Program-made: the position numbers and the translations under genes
Shown here: positions 25,901-39,659 of the stretch, in pieces
Position numbering within the stretch: position 1 is the first letter of the stretch
Layout: each line of letters opens with the position of its first letter
Source of the DNA: Prorocentrum cordatum
Lineage: Eukaryota
Direction: 5' to 3'
Assembly: GCA_963575745.1 (NCBI GenBank)
Contig: CAUYUJ010000081.1
Coordinates: forward strand, 62,001 to 126,000
DNA length: 64,000 bases
The notes under the pieces: model-generated
The model's database searches: none
The model's input: only the letters and a program-made list of their open reading frames with translations
What the model was told of the DNA's origin: nothing

Positions 25901-28900
25901 GCCGACCCGATAACTTTTGCCGCGCGCCGCCACCTCGCTGCGACGCCAGCGGCGTGGGGCGAAACCGCGGTGACAAAATTTTGCGCGCCCCGCGCGGGCG
26001 AGGCGCCGGTGGGTCTTCGCTTGCGCGAGCCCCCCGTCTGACAGGGGCCGCGAGGTCATGGTCGTCGCGGGCGCTAGGAGGCAACGGCTGCCCCCTCGGG
26101 GCTGGACACCCACCGCGCCCAATCTGCTTCCTCCGCCATTCCTCCATCTTCGCGCCCTGGGAGACTCGGCGCGCCTAGCCGCGCTTCTTTGGGAGGGGCG
26201 GCGCAGCCTGAGAGCCGGCCGCCCCGCCCCCCAAGGCCGAATCTGCCGGGGGCCGCCTGGCGCGAGGCCGACGGTGCCTCCGCCGCGCGCCTCTGCCCCC
26301 GACGCTCCGATGCATCCGTCGGGAAGTCATCCTGCTTGCGCTGGGGATGTTGCCAGAAAATTTGAACTCCTGGCCCGGTCTTCCGCGGCCCCCAGCCACC
26401 CTGCCCGCGCCCGGCCCCGCCGCCGAAAAAGGCCCAGTCGCCCGGCGCAATCCCCAGTATATCTTGATCCAGCCTCTCGAGAACCAGCGCAATGCCGAGT
26501 CATTGCCAACGCGGCGCCAACCTCGAGATGTTCAGAAAACGCCTCGGGGGGAGGGGGCGCTGCCCGGCTGGGGCCAAGTCTGGGCACCCATCGAATGCGA
26601 CCAAAGGGCCTCTCGCGCGCGCGTCGCCGCCGTTCGAACGCCCCTGCGCGCGCGTCGCCGCGGGCATCCCATGGGACATAAACAAGGGCAAGAGCGCGCG
26701 CGCGTCGCCGCGCGCGCGCGGCGAACTCCTCCGAAAGCCCCAGGCCCCGCAAGGAAGTCAACGTCGAGCGCCGGGGTTTGCCACGCGGCCTGCGCTCGCT
26801 CCTTCGTCTACTCTCAAAAAAAGCAACGGCGTTCAAACATTTTCCATCAAATGCGACCACGCGGGCGCGCGAGCATGGCCAAGTCATTCGCGCGCCCTTG
26901 CGCGCGTGCTGGGCGGGAGGGGGCTTGGGAACGACCCCTGTCAGATAATGCCACGCCGGCCGCTCGCGCGCGTCGGCCGCGCGCTCGTCGAAGTCCCCAT
27001 CGCCATCATCTTCGCCGACGCGAAGATGCCATCGTCGTCGCTGGCGCGATCAGCATCGGCGCCGCCATTGCACTTGCCGTCGTGATTGCGAGCATTGTCA
27101 CCGGCACCGCTGCGGCCATCATCGCGTTTACCGTCGTCGACGTCGCCGTGGTGCCGCGCAAGCCCGGGTCGCCGTCGCGATCTGAAGTGCCCGCTCGCCA
27201 GCGCGGCCTGACAGACGCGCTGGGGGGCCCCCAGCGGTCAGCGCCGCCGCGGCCGCGTCGGTCGCGTCGGACCAGCCGGCCGCTGCGCGCGCAAGCCCGC
27301 GCGCCGACGCGGCCGCGGCGATGCGACGTCGAGAGCCGAGCAAACATCGCAGTCGCCGCCGCGTTGGTTTGAAAACCAACTTGGGGATGGGCGGGTGGGG
27401 CGATTGCGCGGGCACAGGGAACTGACGACTCCAAATCGGGCAAGTTACGTGCGATGTTGCCCCATGGTTCATTCTGATATTGCTCTCATAGCACCCCGGC
27501 CAATTCGGCATCGACACCCCCCATCACCCTCGTCAAATACACATGATTCGCGCGCGCGCGAGCCCCAAAACAAATCATCAGCGCGCGAGAATCCATTGCT
27601 GGACAAAAGACAAAGTGCGCGCGCGTCGCTGGCGAGCCCAGGCCGAAAACCTTTCACGACCTCGGGCGTCGCGAAGATTTCAAAATCGAGCGACCCGGAA
27701 ACGTGTAGACGCGCATAGCTTTCCAACGTGATGTTTCAAAAAAATACACGCGCGCGCTGTTGTGAATTCAGATGGGAACTGAGGTTTTCCCCCAAATTCT
27801 CATCAACTGTGCCCAAACGGGTTTGTCGTGCGAGCATGTCGGAATTATCCGAGCGCCCTTTCGCGCGTGCTGGGGGGGGGGGGGGGGAGTGATCCTTGCC
27901 GAATGACGCCGCGCGGCCCGCTCTCGCGCGTCGGCCGCGCGCGCGTCGAAACCCCCAAAGCATCCGTCGCCGACGCACGGACATCATCATCGTCATCGGC
28001 GTGATCAGCGTCGGGGCCGCCATTGGCCCTGCCGCCGTCATCGCCGTCGTCGCCACCCCGGCCGCAACTGTCATCGTCGCGTCTGCCGTCGTCGGCGTTG
28101 CCGTGATGCCGAGACCGCCGCCGAAGTGTCATCGCGCAAGCGCGGCCTGCGAGACGCGCCGGGATAGCCAGGCGGTCAGCGCCACCGCGGCCGCGTCGGT
28201 CGCGCCGGTATAACTGGCCACTCTGCGCGCGAGCCTGCGCGCCTCAGCGCGGCTGCGGCGACGCGCCAGCCAGTTTCCAGCAGTCGCCGCACTCGCCGCC
28301 GCATGGGTCTAGCAGACCAAATCGCGAATGGGCGGGCGGGAAGGTTTCGCGAGCAGTAGAGCTGGCACATGCGAGTTCGGCCTGGCGCATTGCGCCGCGT
28401 AGAGAACACCGCAGCTACTGCCATGTAGATTTCACGGCATCGATTGCTGGAAACGCACTTTGCCCCACCTCATGCGAGCTAGATCACGAGGGCCTGTAAG
28501 CCCTCTTCAGAAGAAGAAGCTAAGAATCTACCCGCCCTTGTTTTTGTGGCGCGCCTCCATCTGATCCGCGGCGCCGCGCGCCGCGGCGCGCGCGCGCCCA
28601 AGCTGGCGCGAGGGCAAGAGGGCGGATGCAGTCTGAGCACGCCGCCAGGCGTAGCATCGAGGCGCGGGGGCATGGCGCGTCACATATCGAAGCAATCCAT
28701 TTCAAGTAATCGATAAGTCCCACTTCAATCTTGGCGGCGCGGCGTTCACCCCCGCGATTAGCCATGCGTGCCGACGGCGAAGCCAAGGCTGTCATATCGC
28801 ATGGGGGCGATGGCGCCAGGCCGGGCACCGGCGGACCTCAATGAGGCCAGCGCCGCGAATGCATCTGGCCGCGCCTGGGCAGACGGGCCGCGAGGTGGCC

Positions 28901-31900
28901 TGCGCCCAGGACCTGGGCCCATCCACTAGGTGCAGACGGACCGCGAGAAGGCTCGCGACTAGTCATGCAACGAAGCGCCCAATTCATATGCGGATCATGC
29001 TCCATAATCACCGCGCAGGCCTGCGCATCTAGATGGTTGTCTGCGCTGAATGCCTCCATGGCGTCGTCCCGCGAGCATTGCATCTGGGACGTGATCAGAT
29101 CGATATGCACCTCCGCGGACGTCGCCAGACCGAGGAAATTCCCAGGCTTACGAAGCAGCGTCGCCCCGTTCCAAACGCGCACTTGCCATCGACAGTTGCC
29201 CTCATCAGAAGCAACCGAGGTGCCCTTCAGCCCGTCGAGCTCCGGCCTCGCCTGCAGCCGCATCATCCAGCTGGCCAACGACCCTTTGCGCAAGGGATCC
29301 CCTGATACTACCGCCGCGGATGCCTGCGTGGACTTCCCGGATGGCATTGATGATTGGGTTGCAGGCGGCCTCAGTGGTCTGTAGGCTGCGGGCCCTCTAT
29401 AAATGCCTTCTGCGCTCCTTCTCGGTGGTCGCTGCCACGCTTGGGGGCAGCTGTCGCGGCGCATGGGGGACCGCGTGCGCGCGGCCGACCCTGGCAGCGA
29501 CAACCAAGCTCTCGAGCAGAGAGATCTTCACTGGTAGCCCACCCTGCCCCCCGCGAAGACCTGCATGCCTTGCGGCAGCGTCAGCACATCGTCCGTGAAG
29601 AGGGCCGTCGCGAGAATCGGCGCACCACCGATGAAACCCCGCGCCTCGTCAGCGTAGGGAATTGCCGCGAGAATTAACGTACCGCCTGATCAGGTTCAGA
29701 ACTCCACCCCCGAAGAAAAATAACGTTTTCTTGTTCGGCGTGTCGATACTGGGCGAAAGGAGGGGGTCTGGCCCTGGACCTCTGCTTAGTGCGACTGTTT
29801 GGCACCGTGCGTCCTATGGGAGAGACTCCACCTGCTCGAAACAGGCGCCAACAACAACCACGATCTACTACTCTATGGAGTGTGTGTGTGCGTCTGCGTC
29901 TGCGTCTGCGTGTGCGTCTGCGTCTGCGTGTGCGTGTGCGCGTGCGTGTGCGTGTGCGTGTGTGCGTGGGCGTGTGGGGGTGTGCGTGTGTGCGTGTGCG
30001 TGTGCGTGTGCGTGTGCGCGTGCGCGTGCGCGTGTGCGTGCGCGTGCGCGTGTGTGGTTGTGTGTTTGTGTGTTTGTGTGTTTGTGTGTTTGTGTGTTTG
30101 TGTGTTTGTGTGTGCGTGTGTGCGCGTGTGCGTGTGCGTGTGCGTGTGCGTGCGTGTGTGTGTGTGTGTGAGGGCCCGCATCGATCGGCAAAACAAAGAA
30201 TAAGAAAACGGTTACAAAGCTGTCGCGAAGAGCTGCGCGCAGCTGGTCCCGTTTGGCCCCGCGTCCGAAGAGGTGGGCCGTCGCGAAGATCGGCACATCG
30301 CCCGTCAGAGTCGGCGCATCGTTCGTGAAGAAGGCCGTCGCGAGGTGCCGCATGCCACCCCATGTGTTTGGCACCTCGCATTCGGATTAGGTCGGGCATG
30401 TCCTCCTACAAGCGAATTTTGGGCGAGAGGAACAAATAGTCAGACCAAAAGTCAAAAATAATCAGCAACAGTAAAACAATCGTCCCCTGACTATTTTTAC
30501 ATTGTTTGTTTTTGAATATTCCTCCTGTAGAAGGACAGGCCCGACAAAACCCTCGGAAAGGGTCTTCGCGAGGACGTCTCTCAGATGCAGCACCTCGTCG
30601 GGGAGGAGAGGCTTCACGATGGTCTTGCTGCTGCTGGAAGCTCGGCAAAGAGATCGTGGCGGCGGTCCTTGCAGTAATCTGCAGGCCGCCCCTCGAGCAC
30701 CGAACCTCGTGCGCGGAGGACGCCCTCACGGCTGTAGGCAAGTCGCCCCTCAGACAGCGGCCAATGTGCACTGTCGACTCGTACTGGTCGTTGCAATCGT
30801 TCCTGCTGCTGTGATACAGCGAGGGCGCGGCCGCAAGAAACCCTCGCAAGAAACCCAACACTGAAAACCCGCGCGCGAGGTGCGCCTGAGGGGAATCCGG
30901 GAGCGCCCTGAACGCAGCAGCTTCTTCAACCAGTGCGGGAAGTCACCGCGCAGCGGGCGGGGCGAAGAAACCCAGGATACTCTGACGAAAAGCACATGGT
31001 TTCTTGATGCGCGCCCCGACTGTACTGGTGCATCGCTGTGCGCCAGAGCTTCGCGCGTCGGCGAGCCGCCCGTGAAGGTGGGCACAAGGCTGCTCCAACT
31101 GGGAGGCGGCACATGGCTACTCAACTCATCGGGGCAGGCGGCGCAAGCTTGAGTCAGGGCAGTCGTTGAGCCACTTGGGCCATACTGTTTGGGGCCCACG
31201 CTGGTTAAAATAAATACGCACATCTATACATATGTATACATACATACATTCACATTCACACACACGCACACACATATATTTATATTTATATATATATATA
31301 TATATATTCACCCAGACACACCTCAAACACAACCCGGCACGCACTCCACACGCACCTCAGACACACGCCACACACACACACACGCCCGATACCGCAGACA
31401 CAGGCCAACACGCACGCCAGGCACACGACAGACACACCCAGACACAAGCCAGATACACCCCAGACTCACCAACACGCACCGCGGACACACCCCAGACAAC
31501 CCAGACACGCCCAGACACGCCCAGAAACAACCAGACACACGCCAGACACACTCAAACACGACGACGACGACTCTGACGGCTCTGACTGCGACTCCGACTT
31601 CGATGTCGATTCCTACAACTCCGACGACTCCGACGCCGACACCAAAAGCGGCCGGGAAGGCGTTGATGCAACTTTCTGCGTCTTCTTTTATCTTTCCCTT
31701 CCTCCCTCATGTTCCCCTCGTCCTCCGTTCTCCTTTTCCTCCTTCTGCCCTCTATCTCTCCCTCTCTCTCTCTTTCACTCCCTCCCTCCTACTGCATCTC
31801 TTTCTCTCCTTCCATACTCTTCCGCCATCCACCCCTCGTCCATCCTCGATTCCCCATCCCACCCCTTCCACCCTTTGTCCATCCTCCGCCCCCCTGTCCC

Positions 31901-34900
31901 CCTACCTCCCTCAACTTCCTATCCCCTTCCTCCTCTCGCCACCCAATGGATCCCCTACCTCACAAAAGCAGAGAGGCTATAACAGAGGAGGCCCTAACGA
32001 GGTCGTACTTTGGGCCCAAACTGTCCCACCGACGACATATCATGCAGAAGAAGAGGAAAAGGAAAGAGGCGACTGGAGCCTCGGAACCGAGACCTTTGAG
32101 GGGCTCAGGGGCGAGTTCGGCGGTCTTTTCGGGAGCTCGTCTGCCAGACGACATCCCAGACATGGCTGGAGGAGGAGCAGGAGCATCAGGAGGAAGGATG
32201 AGCAGCAACTGGGAAGAGGGAGGAGGTCAACGACAACGACCACGGCGACCACGACCACGACCAAGACGACCAAGACCACGACGAGGACGACGACGAGGAC
32301 GACCAAGACCACGACGAGGACGACAACAACGACGACGACGACGACGGCGGAGACGCGACTCGCGGCGCAGCAGCTCCGGCTGGCCGTGGGAGGAGTGGCG
32401 CTCGGGCGGGGCGGCGCCGCGCCTCAGGTACTCCCGGCAGCGCTCCTCGCCCGCGGCCGCCGCCGCCGCTCGCCGCTCGTCGTTCGCCCCTTGTCTTCGT
32501 GGTGGTCGTGGTCGCCGTGGCCGTCGTCGCGATCGCCGCTCGCCTCGTCGTGCTCGCCGTGGGCGTCGTCTTCGCCGTGGTTGTGGTCGTCGTGATTTGA
32601 TGCCGACTTCTTTGTCTTCGCCGTGGCCGTCGTGTTCGCCATGGTCGTAATCAATCACCGCCGCGCCTAGGCTTGTGCTTCATTTCCTACATCGATATCC
32701 GCCCCCAACCCCCAGACCTTTGACACTCCATCAAAGACAACGCGCCCGATGCCTCTCTCGTCGCTCTGGACGCCTTGAGCGGTTCGCACATTGCTATACA
32801 ACGTTTACGGGCCTCCGTGGACCACTGGAGGCCTTCTTGGGGAAGCCAAAAGGCACCGATACCGCTACTCCCTGGACCTCTCCTGGGGTGCGTTCTGACC
32901 AGGATTTCGAGGCGAATCCAGCGGCGGCGACGACGGAGGCCCAGGGGGCCCCAAAAAGAGGAAAACGAGGGGAGGGTATAGGTATGGATGCCGTCTCCTC
33001 CTCGAACTCCTGGGAACGCCCAGACACCTCCAGGGGGGACTCCCGATGGCTGTCGGGAGGCTCAAATCACGGGCGACTCGAACAGGAGGAGGAGGAGGAG
33101 GAGGAGGAGGAGGAGGAGGAGGAGGAGGAGGAGGAGGAGGAGGAGGAGGAACCGCGCCGCGCCGCTCTTGCCTCGCCACCTGGGGCTTCATGAAGGCCGT
33201 CGCTGGGCACCTGCAGCGCCGCCAACAGCAACAATCTCTCCGGGCACGAGGCGCCCTCACGAGCGGGGCACCGGCGGTCGTGGCGCGGTGCACCGGCGAT
33301 GCACCGGCGGCGGTGCAGTGGCCCCTTCTCCTCCTCCTCCTCCTCCTCCTCCTCCCTCCTCCTCCTCCTCCTCCTCCTCCTCCTCCTCCCCCTCCTCCCC
33401 CTCCTCCTCCCCCTCCTCCCCTCCTCCCCCTCCTCCTCCTCCTCCTCCTCCTCCTCCTCCTCCTCCTCCTCCTCCTCCCGGATGCATCGGCGGTGCGGCA
33501 CGCTCCTCCGACGCCACCTGCTCCGGCCCCACTTGGGATGCCTGGACTCTCTCTCTCTCTCTTGCCCACGAGCCCCCAGACATCCGACGGTGAGGTGTGT
33601 TCGACGCGAGGCCACGGAGGTCGATGAGCGGGCGAGGAACGGCATAACAGGAGCTTTGCAGCTGCCCAGGGGGCAGGCCTCCCCGTCGGCGCCAAAGCGT
33701 ACTGTACACCGTTCTTCGCCCGCGAACCTTCGAACCACCTCCGCGGAACAAATTGTGCTTCCCAGGGCCGTCCCCCGATTCCCGCGTGGCCGACACACAG
33801 GAGGAGCGCAGGGGAAGGGGGAGGGAAGGGGAAGGGGGAACTCGGAACTCGGCGGTCTGCGAAAAGATGCTGGAGGGCATCGTTGCCGAAGGCGCCGTGC
33901 AGACCATAAGGGAAGGGGGGAGGGAGGGGAGGGGCTCCGTCAAGCCGGGGAAAGGGCAAGGGGGAGGGGTTCTGTCAAGCCGGGGAAGGGGGAGGGAGGG
34001 GAGGGAGAGGAGGGGGAGGAGGCAAGCTAGGTGCGCTCGCGTCATATCTGACGTCCTACCCCTCCCTCCCATCCCTTACCATGGCGCTGATTTTCTCTAT
34101 CCGCGGACGCGTGTCGTAGCGGACCTGTGGCTCCGCGCGCGCGTGCGTAGTGGGTGGTGGTGCGCGTGCGTGCGTGCGTGCGTGTGTGCGTGGTGGTGGT
34201 GGTGGTGGTGGTGGTGGTGGTGGTGGTGGTGGTGGTGGTGGTGGTGGTGGTGGTGGTGGTGTGGTGGTGGTGGTGGTGGTGCTGGTGTGGTGGTGGTGGG
34301 TGCTGGTGCTGGTGCTGGTGCTGGTTGTGGTGGTGGTGGTGGTGGTGGTGGTGGTGGTGGTGCGGCGCGGTGGTGGCGGGCGGATGGGCGCGCGAGAAAG
34401 AGGCCCGCGCTGGGGCGAGAACGCCATCCTGAACGACGGAGGCCAAACACCGATCCGAAAATGAGGCCCACGCTGCAGCGGGAGCACGATTCGGAACGAT
34501 TCGGGAGCAGAAATGAGGCCGGCGCCTCAGCGAGAGCAGCATCTTGGAAAAAAAGGCAGGCGGAAACCCGTTTCCCGGGAATCCTGTGTAAAAAAACAGT
34601 ACGCGGGGGGGGGTCGGATATCTTCGGGACGCCATCAGGGGAAGTGGGAGAGTATTTTCATATTGTGTAATTGTGGAGGGGGAGGGCAGGGGAAGTGAGA
34701 GGAAAAGGAGCGGCGTTTTTCATACAGAGGTCGACGTCGACCCCAGAGGCCTGGACCTCTCTCCAGGGACTGGCTTTCCATCCTGAGCTGCTCTTTCACG
34801 GCCCCGAGGCCTGGCAAGGGCCCCCGAGAGCCGAAACGATCGAAAGGCACCCCGCCGTGTCTTTTTCGCAACGCGAGGGGGTCTGGGTCTCTGGCTCCCT

Positions 34901-37900
34901 GGCCCAGGGGCGACTCCCGATGGCCCCAGGTGGCCGACGCGCAGGAGGAGCGCCGCGGCGGGGCGCGAGCGCGTCGACGGAGGCCCGGGCCCGGGCCCCC
35001 GCAGGCCCCGCCCCCGCGCGGACCTCCGAAGGCCGAAAGGGAGCGTCTGTGCCGCTCTCTCACCCGCAGCAAGGGAGGATGGCGAGAAGAGAGCAGGAGA
35101 GCCACTCCCGTAATAATCGAGGGGCGCGCAAACATGGCTTAGCGATCCATGGATTTGGCGCGCGGTCGCCAGATCCATGGATCGGGGGAGGTGCCCTCTC
35201 AAAAAGGCGCCTGGTGCCGTCTCGTTCGTCGGTGGAAATCCGCGATTTCCCATGGAAACGAAACCCGTCGCTAATCCACGCCCCCGTGATCAATATTTGC
35301 GATCGCCTGACTTCAACAGCAGAGGATAACGATCAGAGAGCAAGAAAACCACTCTCAGAATAAGCACCCCGACAAGGGAAGCCGTTCAGTGCACGCACCG
35401 TGTGCAGACATCAAACAGGGCAGGGCTGTTCAGCAAGCGCCCAGGGCCGTCTAGGAAGCGCCAGTTATGGAGGTCGGGGTGGTGTTTCCTCGCTTGAGAG
35501 GGTGTGCTCCTCCTTCTGCCCCCCCCTCCTCTGCCGCCGCCGCTTCCCCCTCGCCATCCCCCTGCGGCGCCCCTCCCCTCGCGGCACCCTGCCCTGCTTC
35601 CTCCCCTTTCCTCCTCCCGCTCCTCCTGCTCCTCGCCCCCCCCCCCCCTCCCTCCTCTGCTCCTCCCGGACCGCGCAGCCGGCGCCCGCAGCACCTCGCC
35701 ACCATGTCGTGGGCTAGCTCGTGGCTCGTGGCTCGTGCCTCCGCCTCCCCCTCGTCCCCCCGCTCCCCCTCCTCCTCCGCCGCCGCCTCCTCTTCCACCT
35801 CCGCCTCGTCCTGCTCCTGCTCCACCCTTACCCTCGGCTCCTGCATAACGCGGGAGGGCTTGTCGTCCGTGTCGAGCACCTCCTCGAGGGACACAAGGGA
35901 CATGCTCACGAGCAGAGGGAATGAGATACTGAGATACTGTCGATGATCACGAGGGAAAATCATAATCGAATCGGATAATCGGATCGGATTGGGATGTGTA
36001 GAATTGGCAAGCCTCGCATCTCGTTCCTTCCCGCTGTCTATGACGCATCGCGCTCGCTCGATTAGAAATACTCGGACCTACTAATATCTACTCGTAACCG
36101 CACTCGCACTCACACCCACGCCCGCACTCTCAGGCGAACCAACCCTCACGCTCGCGCTCGCGCTCGCACTCACACTCAGTCTTACACTCGCACCCGCACT
36201 CGCTCTCACATTCGAGCTCGCTCTCAAATGCACATACACACACAAAAAAGAAAACCTACCCACGAGAAGCGCGCGTCTCAGAACCCTGCACGATGCGGGA
36301 GATCAGACAACACATCGAACGTACACAAGAAACCGTTGCTGACAGACTCTTACTGACTATTGGCTGTGGGACGCGCACTTCATGGGTTTACTGGAGACGG
36401 CAAGAGCCAGAAAGTGCTGTCCGCCCAAGCCCACATGCAAGGCGCGGGCATGGCACGAGGCAACACGTCTTGGCAAGACTCAAGCCGAACATCTAGATTG
36501 TGAAACGGGAAGGACCGCTCACGCAAGCGCAACTGGAGTACGGCCAGCAACTTGCGGGATGCGATCTGCAACGGAGAACAGCTGCAGGTGCATGGAGGAG
36601 CGGATCCACAAACTTTCAGCAAAGAGAGAGAGGCACAATACAGCAAGAAAGGCTCACACCCACTCCCCACGAAGGTAACGTTGCACCAAACCCACGCCTT
36701 CACCAACATTCACACTCAGCCTCGCACTCATAATCACTTACGCTCAAGCAGCACTCGGGCACTCCGAGCGGAGTCGACCAGAAGTTTGACCTTTCTTATG
36801 CTGCGTCTCCTGGCCACCAGCAGACGCAGATACCACTGGAATCCCGACGCCCTGGAAAAGGCGTCTGCTCGCACACCTCCTCTGGGGGAACAAAAAGTGA
36901 CATACACATAAGAACTCGGAGGTCCGCGCGGACTTCTCGGATCGGCGCTGGACCCCCCCTCCCTGGCGCGCGGAGCGCGCCAGGGGCGGTGCTGGAGGTG
37001 CCGCCAGGGGGCCCCAGCGCCGATCCGAGGAATCCGCGGGAACCTCCGAGTTTTTATGTTTATGCAACGTTTTGTTCCACTATCCACACCTCAACACCCC
37101 CGAACCTCCAATGAATACGCCGCCCCTTCCCGCATCGCCCGGGCCCGACCCGCCCCGACCCAGACAAGCCCGGTGGACTCTCCCCGGCCGCGCGGCGCCG
37201 AGGGGGCGCCTTCAGCCTGGCGCCCGCCAGACCGAACTTCCGCTCCGCCTCCTCGAAGCGGCGGGCCTGCGGTGCGGGCTGCTGTTGCTGCCCCTGGAGG
37301 CGGCGGAAAACGTAACATTGCCGCAAGCTCGTGTCGTGACGACTCGTGCGCCGGTCTTTACAACACTGCGTGGACCGTTCGGCCTCGAATGATCACGGCT
37401 TCCCGACAGTGTGGATCGTCGGTGTCGGCCGATTTCGTGCCACTGCGAACGCTTGATCTCGCACGCCGACACTTGGGTCGCCGTCGCGTCGACGCGACGC
37501 GGACCTCCTGTAACAGTTGGGGGTCCCAGAAGAGTGCCGTGACAGACCGTGCGGTGACCTCGAAATCCACAAAGACCCCACCTCACGCTGCGTCACTAGA
37601 AAAACAAAAAACGCCATAAACATAACTTCTGGCGCTCCGGCAGGATTTCTTGAATCTGCTCTGGACCCCCCTCCCTGGCGCGCGGGGGGCGGCGCCAGAG
37701 GCGCCGCCAGGAGGCCCCAGCGCGGATGCAGGAAATCCGCGCGTAGCGCCAACAAATTATGTTTATGGTGTTCTTTCTTCTTCAAATCACAATACGTTTG
37801 TCGGACCCTGCAAGCCCCAATCACCCAACACACCCTCGGAGACCGACCCAAACCCCACAGCCGTGCGAGCAGCGGTGTGGCCACCCCGAAGCCGCCTTGC

Positions 37901-38398
37901 CTCACCTGACAGTGCGGTCATCGCACCGCCTCGGGGCGTCCGAAATCTGCGGATGGTTGTCTTGGGGCTCTCTTGGGCGCCCCTTGGGCCGTCTCGGAGC
38001 GATCCTGGAGGCCTCTTGGGCAGTCTTTGGGGCCCATGCGGTCGACAGCGCGAGAATGCCAGAATCCGTAGGAAACCCATCGGAAATCTACGACTTCGGC
38101 CTCGTGGGGCCCTCGAGGGTGTCCTCTCGGAGCCGTCTCGGGGCGTCTAGGCGGGCCATGCATGGGGCCGTCTCGGGAGCATCTTGGGCCGTCGGAGGGC
38201 CGTCTAGGGGCAAACCGGGGCAGTCTTTGGTCGTCTCGGTGCTCCTTTGGGCCGTCTCGGGGCTCGTCTCGGGAGCTCGGTGCCCTTTCGGGGCCCTCCG
38301 GGGCCCCTCCTGTGCAGTTTCGGGCTCCCCAGGGCGCTCGGGGAACCGGGGGTCCCTCCAAACCAGCCAGGCTTCCCACGGATTTATATGAAAGCGTG

Positions 38399-38447
<49 letters not shown>

Positions 38448-39590
38448 CTATCTTTATTATCTCACATCAGGAGATCCCCGGGGATGGGCGGCACCCCCCC
38501 CCTAATAGAATCTGGCGGCCCCAGGGGCCCGCGGGGCTCTCTCTGGCCAGTCCCCGGAGGCCCCAGGTGTCCCTTGGGCGTTCTCTGGCCCGCCAGTTGG
38601 GCTTCCCAAGACGGTCCAAAGGGCCCGAAATCGCCTAATAATCTGCCCAGGACGCCTATGATGACTTACGTGACGACGGCCCAAAAGGCCCCCAATACCG
38701 CCCAAGAGGCCTCCGAGAGGCCTCCGAAGAGGGCCCACGAGACCCAAAACGTTGATGTGCTTCGACACGCCTGGACGCGACCAGGTGCTCCGCGGACTGC
38801 AGGCATGGGGCAGTGTAACTATTTTCTCTTTGCAGCAAGACAGGGGGGCACGACAACGCAAGCCACGCGCGCGCAGGCCGATGAAACAGCGGCCGCGCGC
38901 GCAGACGGACAGGGAAGGAAGCGCGCGGGCAAGCAGCCGTCCAGACCGCTTCGCTGGCACGGGTCTGTCGCGTGTAGATTTGCAGATCCGAGCGCACAGT
39001 CAAGACGCCGAGAGAAAGGCCACGTCGGGCTGAGGGGGGGGGTCCCGGTTTCGGGCCGCCCCTTCGAACCAGGCTGGCGAGCCCCTGCCCCTCCCGCCCC
39101 CTGCGCATGCCACTTCCGTCGTCGCCACAACCACGTCATCATCATCGTGGTCACCGCCATGTTAAACACCCTGTCCACAGGCGCTGCCCCTGACCTCGCC
39201 AACCCCCTGTGTCGCACCCGCCAAGAAGGATTCCGACCCCTCCGTCTTCCCCAATAGGGCCCCCGAATCCTGAAGTTGTCCCGAATGCCCCGCATTTACC
39301 ACACCTCTCCCTTCCCCTGCCCTCGGCGTTGCATCCCCGCCTAATCTCATCGCCGATGACCGTCGCGCGCGTCGCCCCTTGCCAACTCGGCGCGCGCGCA
39401 CGGCGCGCGCGCACTCCATGGGCCGACGCCCATGCGCCCGTGACCTTCCCATCCCCGCCCCTGCCCATCGCCGACGCTTCAGCCCGCATAGTCGCACTTC
39501 ACTCGCACACTGCACGCCAGCGCGTCGTGCCAAGACCTCCAAGCGAAGCGCGGCGAGCTTCAAATCTTGTGTTATATAGTAATATATATA

Positions 39591-39659
<69 letters not shown>

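Noticed and set aside
36290..36630. Possible LINE RT 3' remnant on the plus strand
   Set aside because: Resemblance too faint to support without a profile search
37340..37500. Exon VDATATQVSACEIKRSQWHEIGR
   Set aside because: Homologous to about 56100-56240 and 41990-42025, so it is a dispersed repeat
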